64,000 bases of DNA from Octopus sinensis (Eukaryota), in the NCBI RefSeq assembly GCF_006345805.1, contig NC_043024.1, positions 7,750,001 through 7,814,000 of the forward strand, read 5' to 3'. The translations under genes and the position numbers were made by a program. Shown here one piece after another: positions 1-13,250 of this stretch (position 1 is the stretch's first letter; each line of letters starts with the position of its first letter). Under the pieces are notes generated by a model, which saw only the letters and a program-made list of their open reading frames with translations, searched no databases and had not been told where the DNA came from.

Positions 1-545
1 ACCTATAGAATAAGTACTGGGCTTACAAAGAATAAGTCCTGGGGTCGATTTGCTCGACTTAAGGCAGTGCTCCAGCATGGCCGCAGTCAAATGACTGAAA
101 CAAATAAAAGAGTATACATTTTAATAACAGTTTGACTCTTGGCTGACAGAGCTGATTGTATGATCATCATCATCCGAACGTGGCTGATGCCAGTGCCCTG
201 ACAGGCTCCCATGCCGGTGGCACTATCTGAACGTGATTGACAATAAGCCCGCCAGTTTGCATTTTTTTTTGGTGGGGCTGAGGTCTTTGTGTTTATCACC
301 ACCACTGCTTGACAACCAGTGCTGGTTTATGTTCGTGTGACTTAGCGGTTCAGCAAAAAGACCAACAGAATAAGTACTAGACATTATAAAAAAGTAAATA
401 AATACAGAGGATGAAAACCCTTCAAGCTGGTGCTCCAGAATGGCCAGTCAGAGTTCAATGACTAACAAGTAAAGGATAAAGCAAAGCAGCTGTAAAATAA
501 ATAATAAAAAAAAAGGGAAAAAAAAATGCATGAAACTGAGCTTAC

Positions 546-662
546 ATTGGTGGTAGCAGGGTTGTTAGCCCCTTCTAGGACTGTCAATGCTAGATCCTCT
601 GTTTCAGCTCGAAGGCGACAGTCTTGGACCACTGGATCTTTCAATAATTTCTGGATCACATC
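546..662 (-). CDS. ERCC3: XPB exon 7 ([18 protein letters not shown]...)
   Basis: TAG acceptor and GTAAG donor; 39 codons. Confidence 0.92.
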
Positions 663-3600
663 CTACATAAGACAGAACAGGTTTGTGTGGAGTTCATAAC
701 AGCAATTTAATGATCTAGCATTTAGAACATGAATTAATATGCAATTTTGGGGAAGGTTTTAACGAAGATTTATTTTAACCCTTTTCTTACCATATTTCTG
801 TTGAAATAGACTTTGTTGCAAATAATGAAGAATTTAATAAAATTACTTTGTCATTATTAACCCTTTCCTTACCAACTCGGCTGAAACTGGCTCTGTTGTA
901 CAAATGTCTTGTTTTCATAAGTTTTGGATTAAAATCTTCCACCAAACCTTAGACACAATTTATGTTCCTGACACTAGCTTAATGATAACTAAGTTATTTT
1001 ACTAAATTCTTTGTTATATTTAAAGTAATTGAAAGAAACACAGAGCATCTCAACAGAAATATGGTAACAAAAGGGTTAACAAATGATTAATTTAACCCTT
1101 TCATTACCAACCTGGCTGAAACGGTCTCTGGCTCTGTAGTACAAATGTCTTGTTTTCAAAAGTTCTGAATTAAAATCTTCCACCAAACCTTAGTCACAAT
1201 TTATGCTCCTAACACTAGCTGAATGATAACTAAGTTATTTTACTAAATTCTTTGTTATATTTAAAGTAATTGAAAGAAACACAGAGCATCTCAAAATAAA
1301 TACAGTAACGAAAAGGTCAAACTGATATTTAGAAGGTAAACATACATTTATTAGTCGAAAGGAATTATTTGCAAAATAACTGGGTATATATGACTGTGTG
1401 TGCTTCTGGATTAATTTTTGAAACTGAATGCAATCACACCATTTTCTTCCTATGTATATGTTGTACACTCCGTCCTGATATATCTTTATATATAAAAGTG
1501 AAGTTGTGTGTCTGTCTCTTACGATTTAGATTCCTAACTACTCCCACATTTTGCGGTGCAGTTTAACCAAAACCGGGTATCTTATCGTCGTGATTCATAT
1601 CGAGCCCTTCTGAGTATTAGTGCGCATCTACGATGAGTCTACGATTTTTAAAACAAATTTACCATCAATTTTTCCCATTTTTAATGCATTTTTGGCATAT
1701 ATAAGGGAAGTAACTCTCTAAAAATTTATCATTAAATCTCAGAACGTAAAAAGCTACATATTGAGATGGCTATTATACTTTACATCTCTAAAAATGCTTA
1801 TATAGTTATTTCCCTTACAAACCCAAGCAACGCCGGGCGATACTGCTAGTATATTATATAAAATCCATTCTGTCTGTGTGTGTGTATGCGTGTGTATATG
1901 TTTGTGTGTCTATGTTTGTCCCCCCAACATCGCTTGACAACTGATGCTGGTGTGTTTACGTCCCCGTAACTTAGCAGTTCAGCAAAAGAGACTGATAGAA
2001 TAAGTACTAGGCTTCCAGAGAATAAATCCTGGGGTCGATTTGCTTGGGTTAGGGTTCTAGGATCTCAGGCATCCTCCATCCGATTGCGCTCAAATTTGAT
2101 ATGTAGATACCGACGGTATCAGGGTGTGTATAAGTCTTGAAAAATTTTTTAAATCGATTCCAGGTGAGAATGCGATCGACGTGTTTGTTTCTGTGTTTGT
2201 CCCTCCATCACTACTTGACAACTGGTGTTGGTGTGTTTACGTCCCCATAAATCAATGGAAATTGTAGCTGTGATACCAGTGCCGGTGGCACGTAAAAAGC
2301 ACCATCCAAACGTGGCCGTTGCCAGTGCTGCCCCGACTGGCCTCCATGCCGGTGGCACGTAAAAAGCACCAACCAATCGTGGCCGTTGCCAGCCTCCCCT
2401 GGCCCCTGTGCCAGTGGCACATAAAAAGCACCCACTACACTCACGGAGTGGTTGGCATTAGGAAGGGTATCCAGCTGTAGAAACACTGCCAGATCAGACT
2501 GGGCCTGGTGCAGCCTCCTGGCTTCCCAGACCCCGGTCGAACCATCCAACCCATGCTAGCATGGAAAGCAGATGTTGAACGATGAGGTTTATGTCCCCAT
2601 AACTTAGCAGTTTAGCAAAAGCGACCAACAGAATAAGTACTAGGCTTAAGAAATAAGTCCTGGCGTCGATTTGTTCGACTAAAAGAAAAAAACTTCAAGG
2701 CAGTGTTCCAGCATGGCCGCAATCAAATGACTGAAACAAGTAAAAAATAAAGAACAAAAAAGAATCAAGCAGCAGTTAGACATGGAACAATGGATTGCAG
2801 TGAGAGAGAAAATAATTAGAAATTAATTATGATAATGACAATGTGTAAATAAATTAACGACTTACAGGCATTTGACTCTCAACAAAATATTGGTTGTGTT
2901 TGAGGATGAGTTTCACTTTACCATAACTGATAGTACAAAGCTGAAATAGGGAGTAATAGAGTATCAGAGTAAAGAGCTGAAATAGGGAGTAATAGAATAT
3001 CAGAGAAAAGAGCTGAAATAGTTGAGTATCAAAGAGAGTACACAGTTTAAATAGAAAGTAATTGAGTATCAGAGAGAGTATAGAGCATACATTATGTGTT
3101 TAATTATTGTAATATAGACATTGGGCATGAATAATTAGTGTTATATATTTCTTGTGTATAACCACTTATACAAGAATGTATATATAACAATCTGCATGTC
3201 TGTGTTATACAGACATTACATGTGTATATAACCACTGTACTATACAAACGTAATGTGTATAACCACTGCACTATATAAATGTAATGCGTGTATAACCAAT
3301 GCACTGTACAGATGTAATGTGTATAAACACTGCACTATATAGATGTAATGTGTGTATAACCACTGCACTATACAAATGTAATGTGTGTATAACCACAGCA
3401 CTGTATAAATATGTGTGTATAACCAATGCACTATACAGATGTAATGTGTGTATATACACTGCACTATACAACTGTAATGTGTGTATAACCACAGCACTGT
3501 ATAAATGTGTGTATAACCACTGCACTACACAGCTGTAATGTGTGTATAACCACTGCACTATATAAATGTAATGTGTGTATAAACCCTGCACTATACTGAT

Positions 3601-3974
3601 GTAATATGTGTATAACCACTATGCTGTATAGACACTTTGTCTGTGTGTGTGTGTGTAAATGTAGTGTTATATACAGATTATGTGTAAATATAAACAGTAT
3701 AATATACATACATCATATGTAGCCAGTGTGTTATACAGACATAATATGCATGTATAACAATTTACTATATACATCATGTAACTAAATTTTAAGTTGATGT
3801 ATACTGACACGATATAATAATGTTATATGTGATATATATATATATATATCACATGATCACGAGACCGACCAGACCATCAGATGTTGTTACACATCGCTGG
3901 TCACAATGCGTTCGCATTGTTTTAGCCTTCAAATGACGCCACCCCGCTGGCTAAGCGAGCAGGCCAATATATAT

Positions 3975-4019
<45 letters not shown>

Positions 4020-7000
4020 AGCCGCTCAGTCGAAGTCGACTTTCGGTTACTCAATGGATCAGTGTCCTCCAGTCAGTTCTATCCTGGGCCACTCCTTTCA
4101 GATTGGCTATGTCCATTCCGGTATCCCTCTTGATGGTGTCAAGCCAGCGGGTTCTTGGTCGGCCTCTTCTTCCCTTGCCACTGACCATTCCGAGCAAGAT
4201 ATCCTTCTCCAGGGATTTTCTCCGCATAATATATATTTATATATCTATCTATCCGCTCAGTCGAAGTCGACTCTCGGTCACTCGTTGGATCAGTGTCCTC
4301 CAGTCAGTTCTATCCTGGGCCGCTTCCTTCAGATTGGCCATGTCCATGTCCATTCAGATTGGCCATGTCTGTCCTTGTTTGTCCTCTTGTGGGCAGTAAA
4401 GAAAGAAGAGGGGGTATTTACCCATTACCTTCAATAACTGATAAATAGATTAGATAATATCTAACCACGGCTTACCTTGATGAATTCGACAATGCCATCA
4501 GGTAAGGTTGTCTTGTTCAGTCGACGCAGATATTCAATGATGTCGTTGGTCTGCAAACCCACAGACACAGCTGCATATAGAGAGTATGCGGTTAATTTAT
4601 ATTCATGAATATGTTCGGGTCGACAGACTGGCTGAAAAGAGAAAGAAGCAGAGTAAGAAATAGATGAAACTGTTGTGGAAGAGGATGGCATGGAAGGCTG
4701 ATATAAATGTTTAGGGTTCAATACCAGTGAATGGCCACCATAAGGTCCAGTCCCTGTTAAGATTTCAAGGTTTCTTTCTTTCTCTCCCTCATTACATTTG
4801 TGGACATATTTCTTTTTATGTATATGAATCCGAGCGTGATCGTTGCCAGAGCAGCCAACTGGCTTCCGTACCCGTGACACGTAAAAGGGCACCATGCTGC
4901 CTTACTGGCACTTGTGCCCCATGCTAGTGGGGCACTGGGGCGTTAAGAGCACCATCTGAGCAGGATTGTTGCAAGAGCGGCTAACTGGCTTCCATGCCGG
5001 TGGCACGTAAAAGGCACCATTCGATAGTTACCAGCGTCGCCTTACTGGCACATGAAAAAACCATTCAAGCGAGGTCGTTGCCAGTACCGCCTGACTGGCC
5101 TCTGTGCCGGTGGCACATAAAAGCACCCACTACACTCTCGGAGTGGTTGGCGTTAGGAAGGGCATCCAGCTGTAAAAACTCTGCTAGATCAAGATTGGAG
5201 CCTGGTGCAGCCATCTGGTTCGCCAGCCCTCAGTCAAAATCGTCCAACCCATGCCAGCATGGAAAGCGGACGCTAAACGATGATGATGATGATGAAGACA
5301 AGGAAAGTGTCTATGTCAATCAGGTTTAATTAACAAACCATAATGTCTCTCTCTTCTCTCCCCACTCTTTCTGTTTATGTATGTGAAGGCATATTTCCCT
5401 TTAAGTGTTTGAGAAGAGGGGAAAAGTTTATGTCAATTGTGTGCAATTAATAAATTCTAACATTTCTCTCTCTCTCTCTCTATATATATATAGGCGCAGG
5501 AGTGGCTGTGTAGTAAGTAGCTTGCTTACCAACTACATGGTTCTGGGTTCAGTCCCACTATGTGGCACCTTGGGCAAGTGTCTTTTGCTATAGCCTTGGA
5601 TCCGACCAAACCCTTGTTAGTGGATTTGGTAGATGGAAACTGAAAGAAGCCCATCATATACATGTATATATATATATGTATGTGTGTGTGTGTGTATATG
5701 TTTGTGTGTCTGTGTTTGTCCCGCCAACATTGCTTGACAACCGATGCTGGGTGTGTTTATGTCCCCATAACTTAGCGGTTCGGCAAAAGAGACCGATAGA
5801 ATAAGTACTAGGCTTACAAAGAATAAATCCTGGGGTCGATTTGCTCAACTAAAGGCGGTGCTCCAGCATGGCCGCAGTCAAATGACTGAAACAAGTAAAA
5901 GAATAAAGAATAAACTTTTATATACCAAACCTACACCCACCACTACCAATACTCAAATCCTTCCCCCTTAACTCCAACCCCACAACACACACACACTAAA
6001 TATGCGTCTTAAGAAAAGATCAGACTTCCAGAAAAAATGTCTTACCTCTGAGATGGCAATAAGGAAATCATGAGCATGTCGGTAAACAGGGCTGAATGAT
6101 TCCAAGAAGATATGACCGTCAGGAGCCTGGAAAAATCCAAAATAAAATTCAGTGTTCTGGAATCACTAAAAAATGGTAAATATGGAAACAGAATAACAAT
6201 TTCTACAAGCATTGTATAACAAGTGCTGTACACATAGGGTATTGCTATTTTAATGTCTGTATTACCTATTTCTTTACTACCCACAAGGGGCTAGACACAG
6301 AGGAGACAAACAAGGACAGACAGACGGATTAAGTCGATTGTATCGACCCCAGTGCGTAACTGGTACTTAATTTATTGACCCCGAAAGGACGAAAGGCAAA
6401 GTCGACCTCAGCGGAATTTGAACTCAGAACGTAACAGCAGACGAAATACCGCTAAGCATTTCGCCCGGCGTAGGAGTGGCTGTGTGGTAAGAGTAGCTTG
6501 CTTACCAACTACATGTGGTGGACAATGAAAAACCTGGCTGATGACAGTCAAAGCTGATCTGGAACCCAACCTACGAAGCAATTGCCCCAGCTGCCCTTCA
6601 GGGTTGGCGAAAGCGATGTGGTGGACAGCGAAAACCTGGCTGATGACAGTCAAGGCTGATCTGGAACCCAACCTACGAAGCAATTGCCCCAGCTCCCCTT
6701 CAGGGTTGGCGAAAGCGATGTGGTGGACAACGAAAAACCTGACTGATGACAGTCAACGCTGATCTGGAACCCAACCTACGAAGCAATTGCCCCATCTCCC
6801 CTTCAGGGTTGGCGAAAGCGATGTGGTGGACAACAAAAAACCTGGCTGATGACAGTCAAGGCTGATCTGGAACCCAACCTAGGCCCCCATATCTACGGCG
6901 TTTGCCGCTGGAATAAGGAGTTGTTGGAGATCACGCGGTCATTAGCCTCAAATCACCAGGTCTGGTCAGCGTTTGTGAGAGATGCAGCACCGAGGATGAA

Positions 7001-9189
7001 TGAAGCCAGCTCAACCCACCCTGGGTGAATGCTGTCTCAAGACAAGACAAGAAGAAGAACTCAGAACATAAAAGATGAAATGTCACTAAGCATTTTGTCC
7101 GGCATGCTCAATAATTCTGCCAGTTCACCACCTTAGGAACAACAACAACAACATGAACTGAAGCCCTAATCACTTACCACCCAAAGGGGACGGGATGAAT
7201 GATCGGTTTTCAACTCGAGAATCTTTCGGTAATCTTTAGCGCCAAATTCGTCTTCATTGGATTTTTCTTCAACCCTGGCTGCTGCAACAGCCGGGACATC
7301 TAAAATTAGAAAAATTTGGTTTTATAATAGCATTATTAACTCAAAAGAAGACATGAAATATAAAGAAAAGTTTTTGTATCTGGTTTGCAAGATTCTTTAT
7401 ATGAATTCCTGTATTGTGGAGGCACATGGCCTAGTGGTTAGAGCAGCGGACTTGCAGTCGAGGGATCGCGGGTTCAAATCTAAGACTGGGCGATGTATGT
7501 GTTCATGAGCGAAACACCTAAGCGACACACGGCTCCGGCAGAAGGTAATGGAAAACTTCTGCTGACTCTTCCACCACAACTTTCTCTCACTCTTTCCTCC
7601 TGCATCTTGCAGCCCACCTGCGACAGATCGGCGTCCCGTCCAGGTGGGGAACCTATACGCCAAGAAACCGGGAAACCGGCCCTTATGAGCCAGGCATGGC
7701 TCGAGAAGGAACAAACAAAAAAAAAATTCCTGTATTGAAACAAATTTTGTTGAGTCTAGGAAGAGTCATTAAACCAATATCATTAACATGCACACTGGTT
7801 CAATTCCACTTCTTTATTATTAGTCAATTAATTAAAAATCCAATTAATTGAGTGTTTATACCTTTATTTGTTTCAGTCATCTAACTGTGGCCATGCTGGA
7901 GCACCACCTTTTAGTCAAGCAAATTGACCTCAGGACTTATTCTTTGTAAGCCTAGTACTTATTCTATCAGTCTTTTTTTGCAGAAACCTCTAAGTTACGG
8001 GAACGTAAACACACCAGCATTGGGTGTCAAGCGATGTTGGGGGAACAAACACACACACACACATATATATATATGTTTACATATTTCTCGATAAATTTTG
8101 AGCGTTAGACAATATACCAGAAATCCCTAGTTTGTCGGGTACGTTCTGCGTCTGCGCAGTGATCTGATTAGTTAGAGAGAGCAAATTATTAGACACACAT
8201 GTTTCTAGTGAGGTGCGATTTCACAATAACAGGGCTCTTACCGATGAATTCTCCCTGAGTAATTAAATTATTTTTATTATTGAAAAGAACGAAACTGCAG
8301 TCTAAGAGGAACCGAGTTAGTAAACGTTTTTATTTTCATTTCACTAAATTTATCAAGCTTCTGTGTATCTAGTACATACTTCGCCTTTTAATGTACTTAT
8401 ATATGAATAATATATGGCCTGTGCTAGAAACACCAGCGATAATAATTAATTTTATTTTATCGCACTTCGACTTTGTTTATATATATATATATACGATGGG
8501 CTTCTTTCAGTTTCCGTCTACCAAATCCGTTCACAAGGCTTTGATCGGCCCGAGGCTATAGCAGAAGACACTTGCCCAAGGTGCCACGCAGTGGGACTGA
8601 ACCCACTGCAAAATTGTAAAAAAATGCAAAAATAAAATGTGAAAATCAAACTATGTTGGAATATTATTGACTAATATATTTCCCTGTATATAATCATACA
8701 AACTTATGTATATCATCCACCATTTGAGCGGGATTGTTACCAGCATTGCCTTACTGGCACCTGTGCCGGTGGCATGTGTAAAAAATTCGAGCGAGGCTGT
8801 TGCCAGTACCGCCTGACTGGCCCCTGTGCCGGTGGCACGTAAAAGCACCCACTACACTCTCGGAGTGGTTGGCGTTAGGAAGGGCATCCAGCTGTAGAAA
8901 CTCTGCCAGATCAAGACTGGAGCCTGGTGCAGCCATCTGGTTCGCCAGCCCTCAGTCAAAATCGTCCAACCCATACTAGCGGACGTTAAACGATGATGAT
9001 GTATATATATATATACATACATCAGGCGTAGGAGTGGCTGTGTGGTAATAAGCTTGCTTACCAACCACATGGTTCTGGGTTCAGTCCCACTGCGTGGCAT
9101 CTCGGGCAAGTGTCTTCTGCTATAGCCCCGGGCCGACCAATGCCTTGTGAGTGGATTTGGTAGACGGAAACTGAAAGAAGCCTGTTGTA

Positions 9190-9278
<89 letters not shown>

Positions 9279-10078
9279 TTGTGTGTCTGTTCCCCTAGCA
9301 TTGACAACCGATGCTGGTGTGTTCATGTCCCCGTCACTTAGCAGTTCGGCAAAAGAGACCAACAGAATAAGTACTAGGCCTACAAAGAATAGGTGTTAGG
9401 CCTCCGTCGGTCAGCTCACATCGTGTGGTGTTAATGGTGTGGAAGCAACAGCAGCTACTTCCTTTATTCTTAGGCCCACATGCTATCATACATAGACACA
9501 CAAATATATAGACATACATATATACACTTAGACATATATATATATACATACACCTACACATACATACATATATATATAGATACCTACACATATATATATC
9601 TATATACACCTACATATATATACATACACCTACACATACATATATATACATACATACACCTACACATACATACATACATACTCCGACACATATACATACA
9701 TACATCTACACATACATATATACATCTACACATACATATATATATATATATATATACATACATACATATCTATATATACATACACCTACACATATATATA
9801 TATATACATACACCTACACATATATATATATACATACACCTACACATATATATACATACACATATATATATACATACATACACCTACACATACATATATA
9901 TACATACACCTACACATACATATATATACATACATACACATACATATATATACCTACACATACATATATACAATACATACACCTACACATATATATATAC
10001 ATACATACACCTACACATATATATATATACATACATACATCTACACACATACATATATATATATACATACATACATCT

Positions 10079-10111
<33 letters not shown>

Positions 10112-13100
10112 CATACATACATCTACACACACACACATATATATTATATATACATACATCTACACATATAATAGATAGATATATATACATATACATGCAC
10201 TCATGCACACACACACATGTACACATCTCAGACAAGCAAACTAACCAATCAATCAATCAATAATTTATCAATTATTGAACTACTTACCATTTGGATCCAC
10301 TTCCTCGTCACCCTCATCATCATAGTCAAGATCTTCACCTTTGAATCGTTTGGCAGCTTTCTTTTCTTCTCTCTCTAAATAAAGAAGTAAAGGAAAGACA
10401 GAACAAAATTAGGTTATTACACATTACTCTTTTACTTGTTTCAGTCATTTGACTGCGGCCATGCTGGAGCACCGCCTTTAATCGAGCAACTCGACCCCGA
10501 GACTTATTCTTTGTAAGCTCAGTACTTACAGACCCAGGTCTGTTTTGCCGAACCGCTAAGTGACGGGGACATAAACACCAGCATCGGTTGTCAAGTAATG
10601 CTAGGGGGACAAACACAGACACACACATATATATATATACATATATACGACAGGCTTCTTTCAGTTTCCGTCTACCAAGTTCACTCACAAGGCCTTAGTC
10701 GGCCCGAGGCTATAGCAGAAGACACTTGCCCAACATGCCACGCAGTGGGACTGAACCCAGAACCATGTGGTTGGTAAGCAAACTACTTACCACACAGCCA
10801 CTTCTGCGCCTAAAAAATTATGAGGTCTCATCGAGACTTGAACTCGGATCGCTGGATTCAAAGTCCAGAAAGAAATCTGTGAAAGTGATCTTGATTCTAA
10901 ATTCACACCTGTTATAATATAAATATGTCAGTGTACAGAGTGAATGTGGACTTTCTGGGTTCAGTCCCACCGCATGGCACCTTGGGCAGGTGTCTCCTAC
11001 TATAGCTTCGGGCCAACCAAAGCTTTGTTAGTGGATTTGGTAGACAGAAACTGAAAGAAGCCTGTCGTATATACATGCATGTGTGAGTATATGTTGTGTA
11101 TCTATGTTTGTCCCCACCAACATTGCTTGACAACCGATGCTGGTGTGTTTAGGGCCCCGTAACTTAGCAGTTCGGCAAAAAAGACCGATAGAATACATAC
11201 TGGGCTTACAAAGAATAAGTCCTGGGGTTGATTTGATTCGGCTAAAGGTGGTGCTCCAGCATGGCCGCAGGCAAATGACTGAAACAAGTAAAAGAGTAAA
11301 GAGTATATATGTGTTTGTGTGTCTGTGTTTTTCCCCCTAGCATAGCTTGACAACCGATGCTGGTGTGTTTAGGTCCCCCATAATTTAGCAGTTCGGCAAA
11401 AGAGACCGATAGAATAAATATTAGGCTTGCAAAGAATAATTCCTGGAGTTGATTTGATTCGAATGCTTAACAGCATTAATGGCAAGTGGAATGATTGGCA
11501 AAGGACTGGGAGAGTGGACCCCCTTCAGTCACGATTGACCATGGGATTGTACCTAGAAAGTTCACCTCCGAGGCACAAGTCCGGGCAAGGTTGTTTGTAG
11601 AAGACCAGCAGTCGTCCATGCAACCAATGTTATCCAAGGGAAGGCAAAGGCTGATACAGCTTAGCACCAGTGATGCCACAACTCATTTCTACAGCTGAGT
11701 GAAGTGGAGTAACATGAAATAAAATATCTTGCTCAAGAAAATAACACAACCTCACAATTGTAAGCTCAACGCTCTGACCACTGAACCTGGGGCAGTAGAC
11801 TCTCAGTGCTTGAAGTCATCATCATTTAGCGTCCGCTTTCCATGGGTTGGACGGTTCAACTGGGGTCTGGGAAGCCAGAAGGCTGCACTAGGCTCCAGTC
11901 TGATCTGACAGTGTTTCTACAGCTGGATGCCCTTCCTAACGCCAACCACTCCGTGAATGTAGTGGGTGCTTTTTACGTGCCACCAGCACAGATGCCAGGC
12001 GAGGCTGGCAAACGGCCACGATCGGATGGTACTTTTTACATGCCACCGGCACAGGGGCCAGGTGAGGCTGGCAAACGGCCAAGATCGGATGGTGCTTTTT
12101 ACGTGCCACCGGAACGAGGCCAGTTGGGGTGGCGCTGGCAACGGCCACGTTCGGATGGTTCTCTAATATGCCACCAGCACTGGTATCACAGCTGCAATTT
12201 CCACACCCTTGTCACCATGTAGACACCTTTATAATCTTGGTAGCCTTTATATACCAGTAAGCTACAAGCCAGTCAGGGACAGTTCTGTGTAAGCTTTGTC
12301 AAGCTAAGTGAGCTGATAAATATATGATAAGCATGTAAGTGAATTACAAATGCTGTTTTGTTTCAACAAGTATTAACCCTTTGATGTTTAAGCTGGCCAC
12401 ATCTGGCCCAAATATCCTACATGTTTTACATTCAAACTGGCCATATCCAGCCCCTCACACCTAACCTACATTGACACTCTAAGAATAAACCAGGATGCGT
12501 CTAATATGCCTATCTTGTTATTTGTAACAAAATGAGATGGCAACAGAAACAATATACAGACATACCTCAACTTACGTCCATCATCTCTCTCTATATAAAC
12601 GGCAGTTTGTCTATGTGCGTGTCTGTGTGTCTGTCAGGTTGTACCCTCACACTGACCACGGCTTTCAACCGATTCTGATGAAACTTGACACACACATAGC
12701 CCAATGTCATAATTCAAAACTAACGCAGCGAAAATTTTGAAAAGTTCCCCCAGTTCTGAAAAAAATCGATAAATTCGACATGGGGTCGAGAATCAGAAAC
12801 ACAAACCACAGACTGTCTAGGGGGCGCAACTCGACCTTTTTAACTAAAAAAATTTACCATCATTTTTTCCCCATTTTTTTGCTATAACTCTCTAAAAATG
12901 CTTTATAGTTATTTCCCTTACAAACCCGAGCAACGCCGGGCGATACTGCTAGTTGGTACTAAAATATGAAAATGAAGTTGAAAAACGACGTAACACAATA
13001 AAAAAAAAACTATTTGATTTTTCTGTTTCGAATGGGGATAAACAGTTATGCTTTTAAATGTTTGCCAAGACCAAAGAAAAGTCGAATAAATCGATTGAAG

Positions 13101-13196
13101 ATGATGTTTATTTACTAATTTTTTTTCTCTATTAATTTCTTCAAATTCGAAAAAAAAAGATGTAACTCGAAACAACGTAATCCGAGTTATGCCTAA

Positions 13197-13250
<54 letters not shown>

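Noticed and set aside
5493-5570. SINE heads as true tRNA genes
   Set aside because: They have A/B boxes but no cloverleaf and run directly into SINE bodies present in many copies.
6513-6881. Regular 102-bp repeats as a CRISPR-like array or as tandem hammerheads (they contain CTGATGA and CGAAA)
   Set aside because: There are no unique spacers, the unit is RTE coding sequence ([13 protein letters not shown]), and stem II is not followed by GAAA.
9480-10178. 232-aa YIHT-rich ORF, and the many similar YI/HT/CV/MMT ORFs in the track
   Set aside because: These are translations of (TA)n, (CA)n, (CATA)n and (GAT)n microsatellites, with no splice or homology support.
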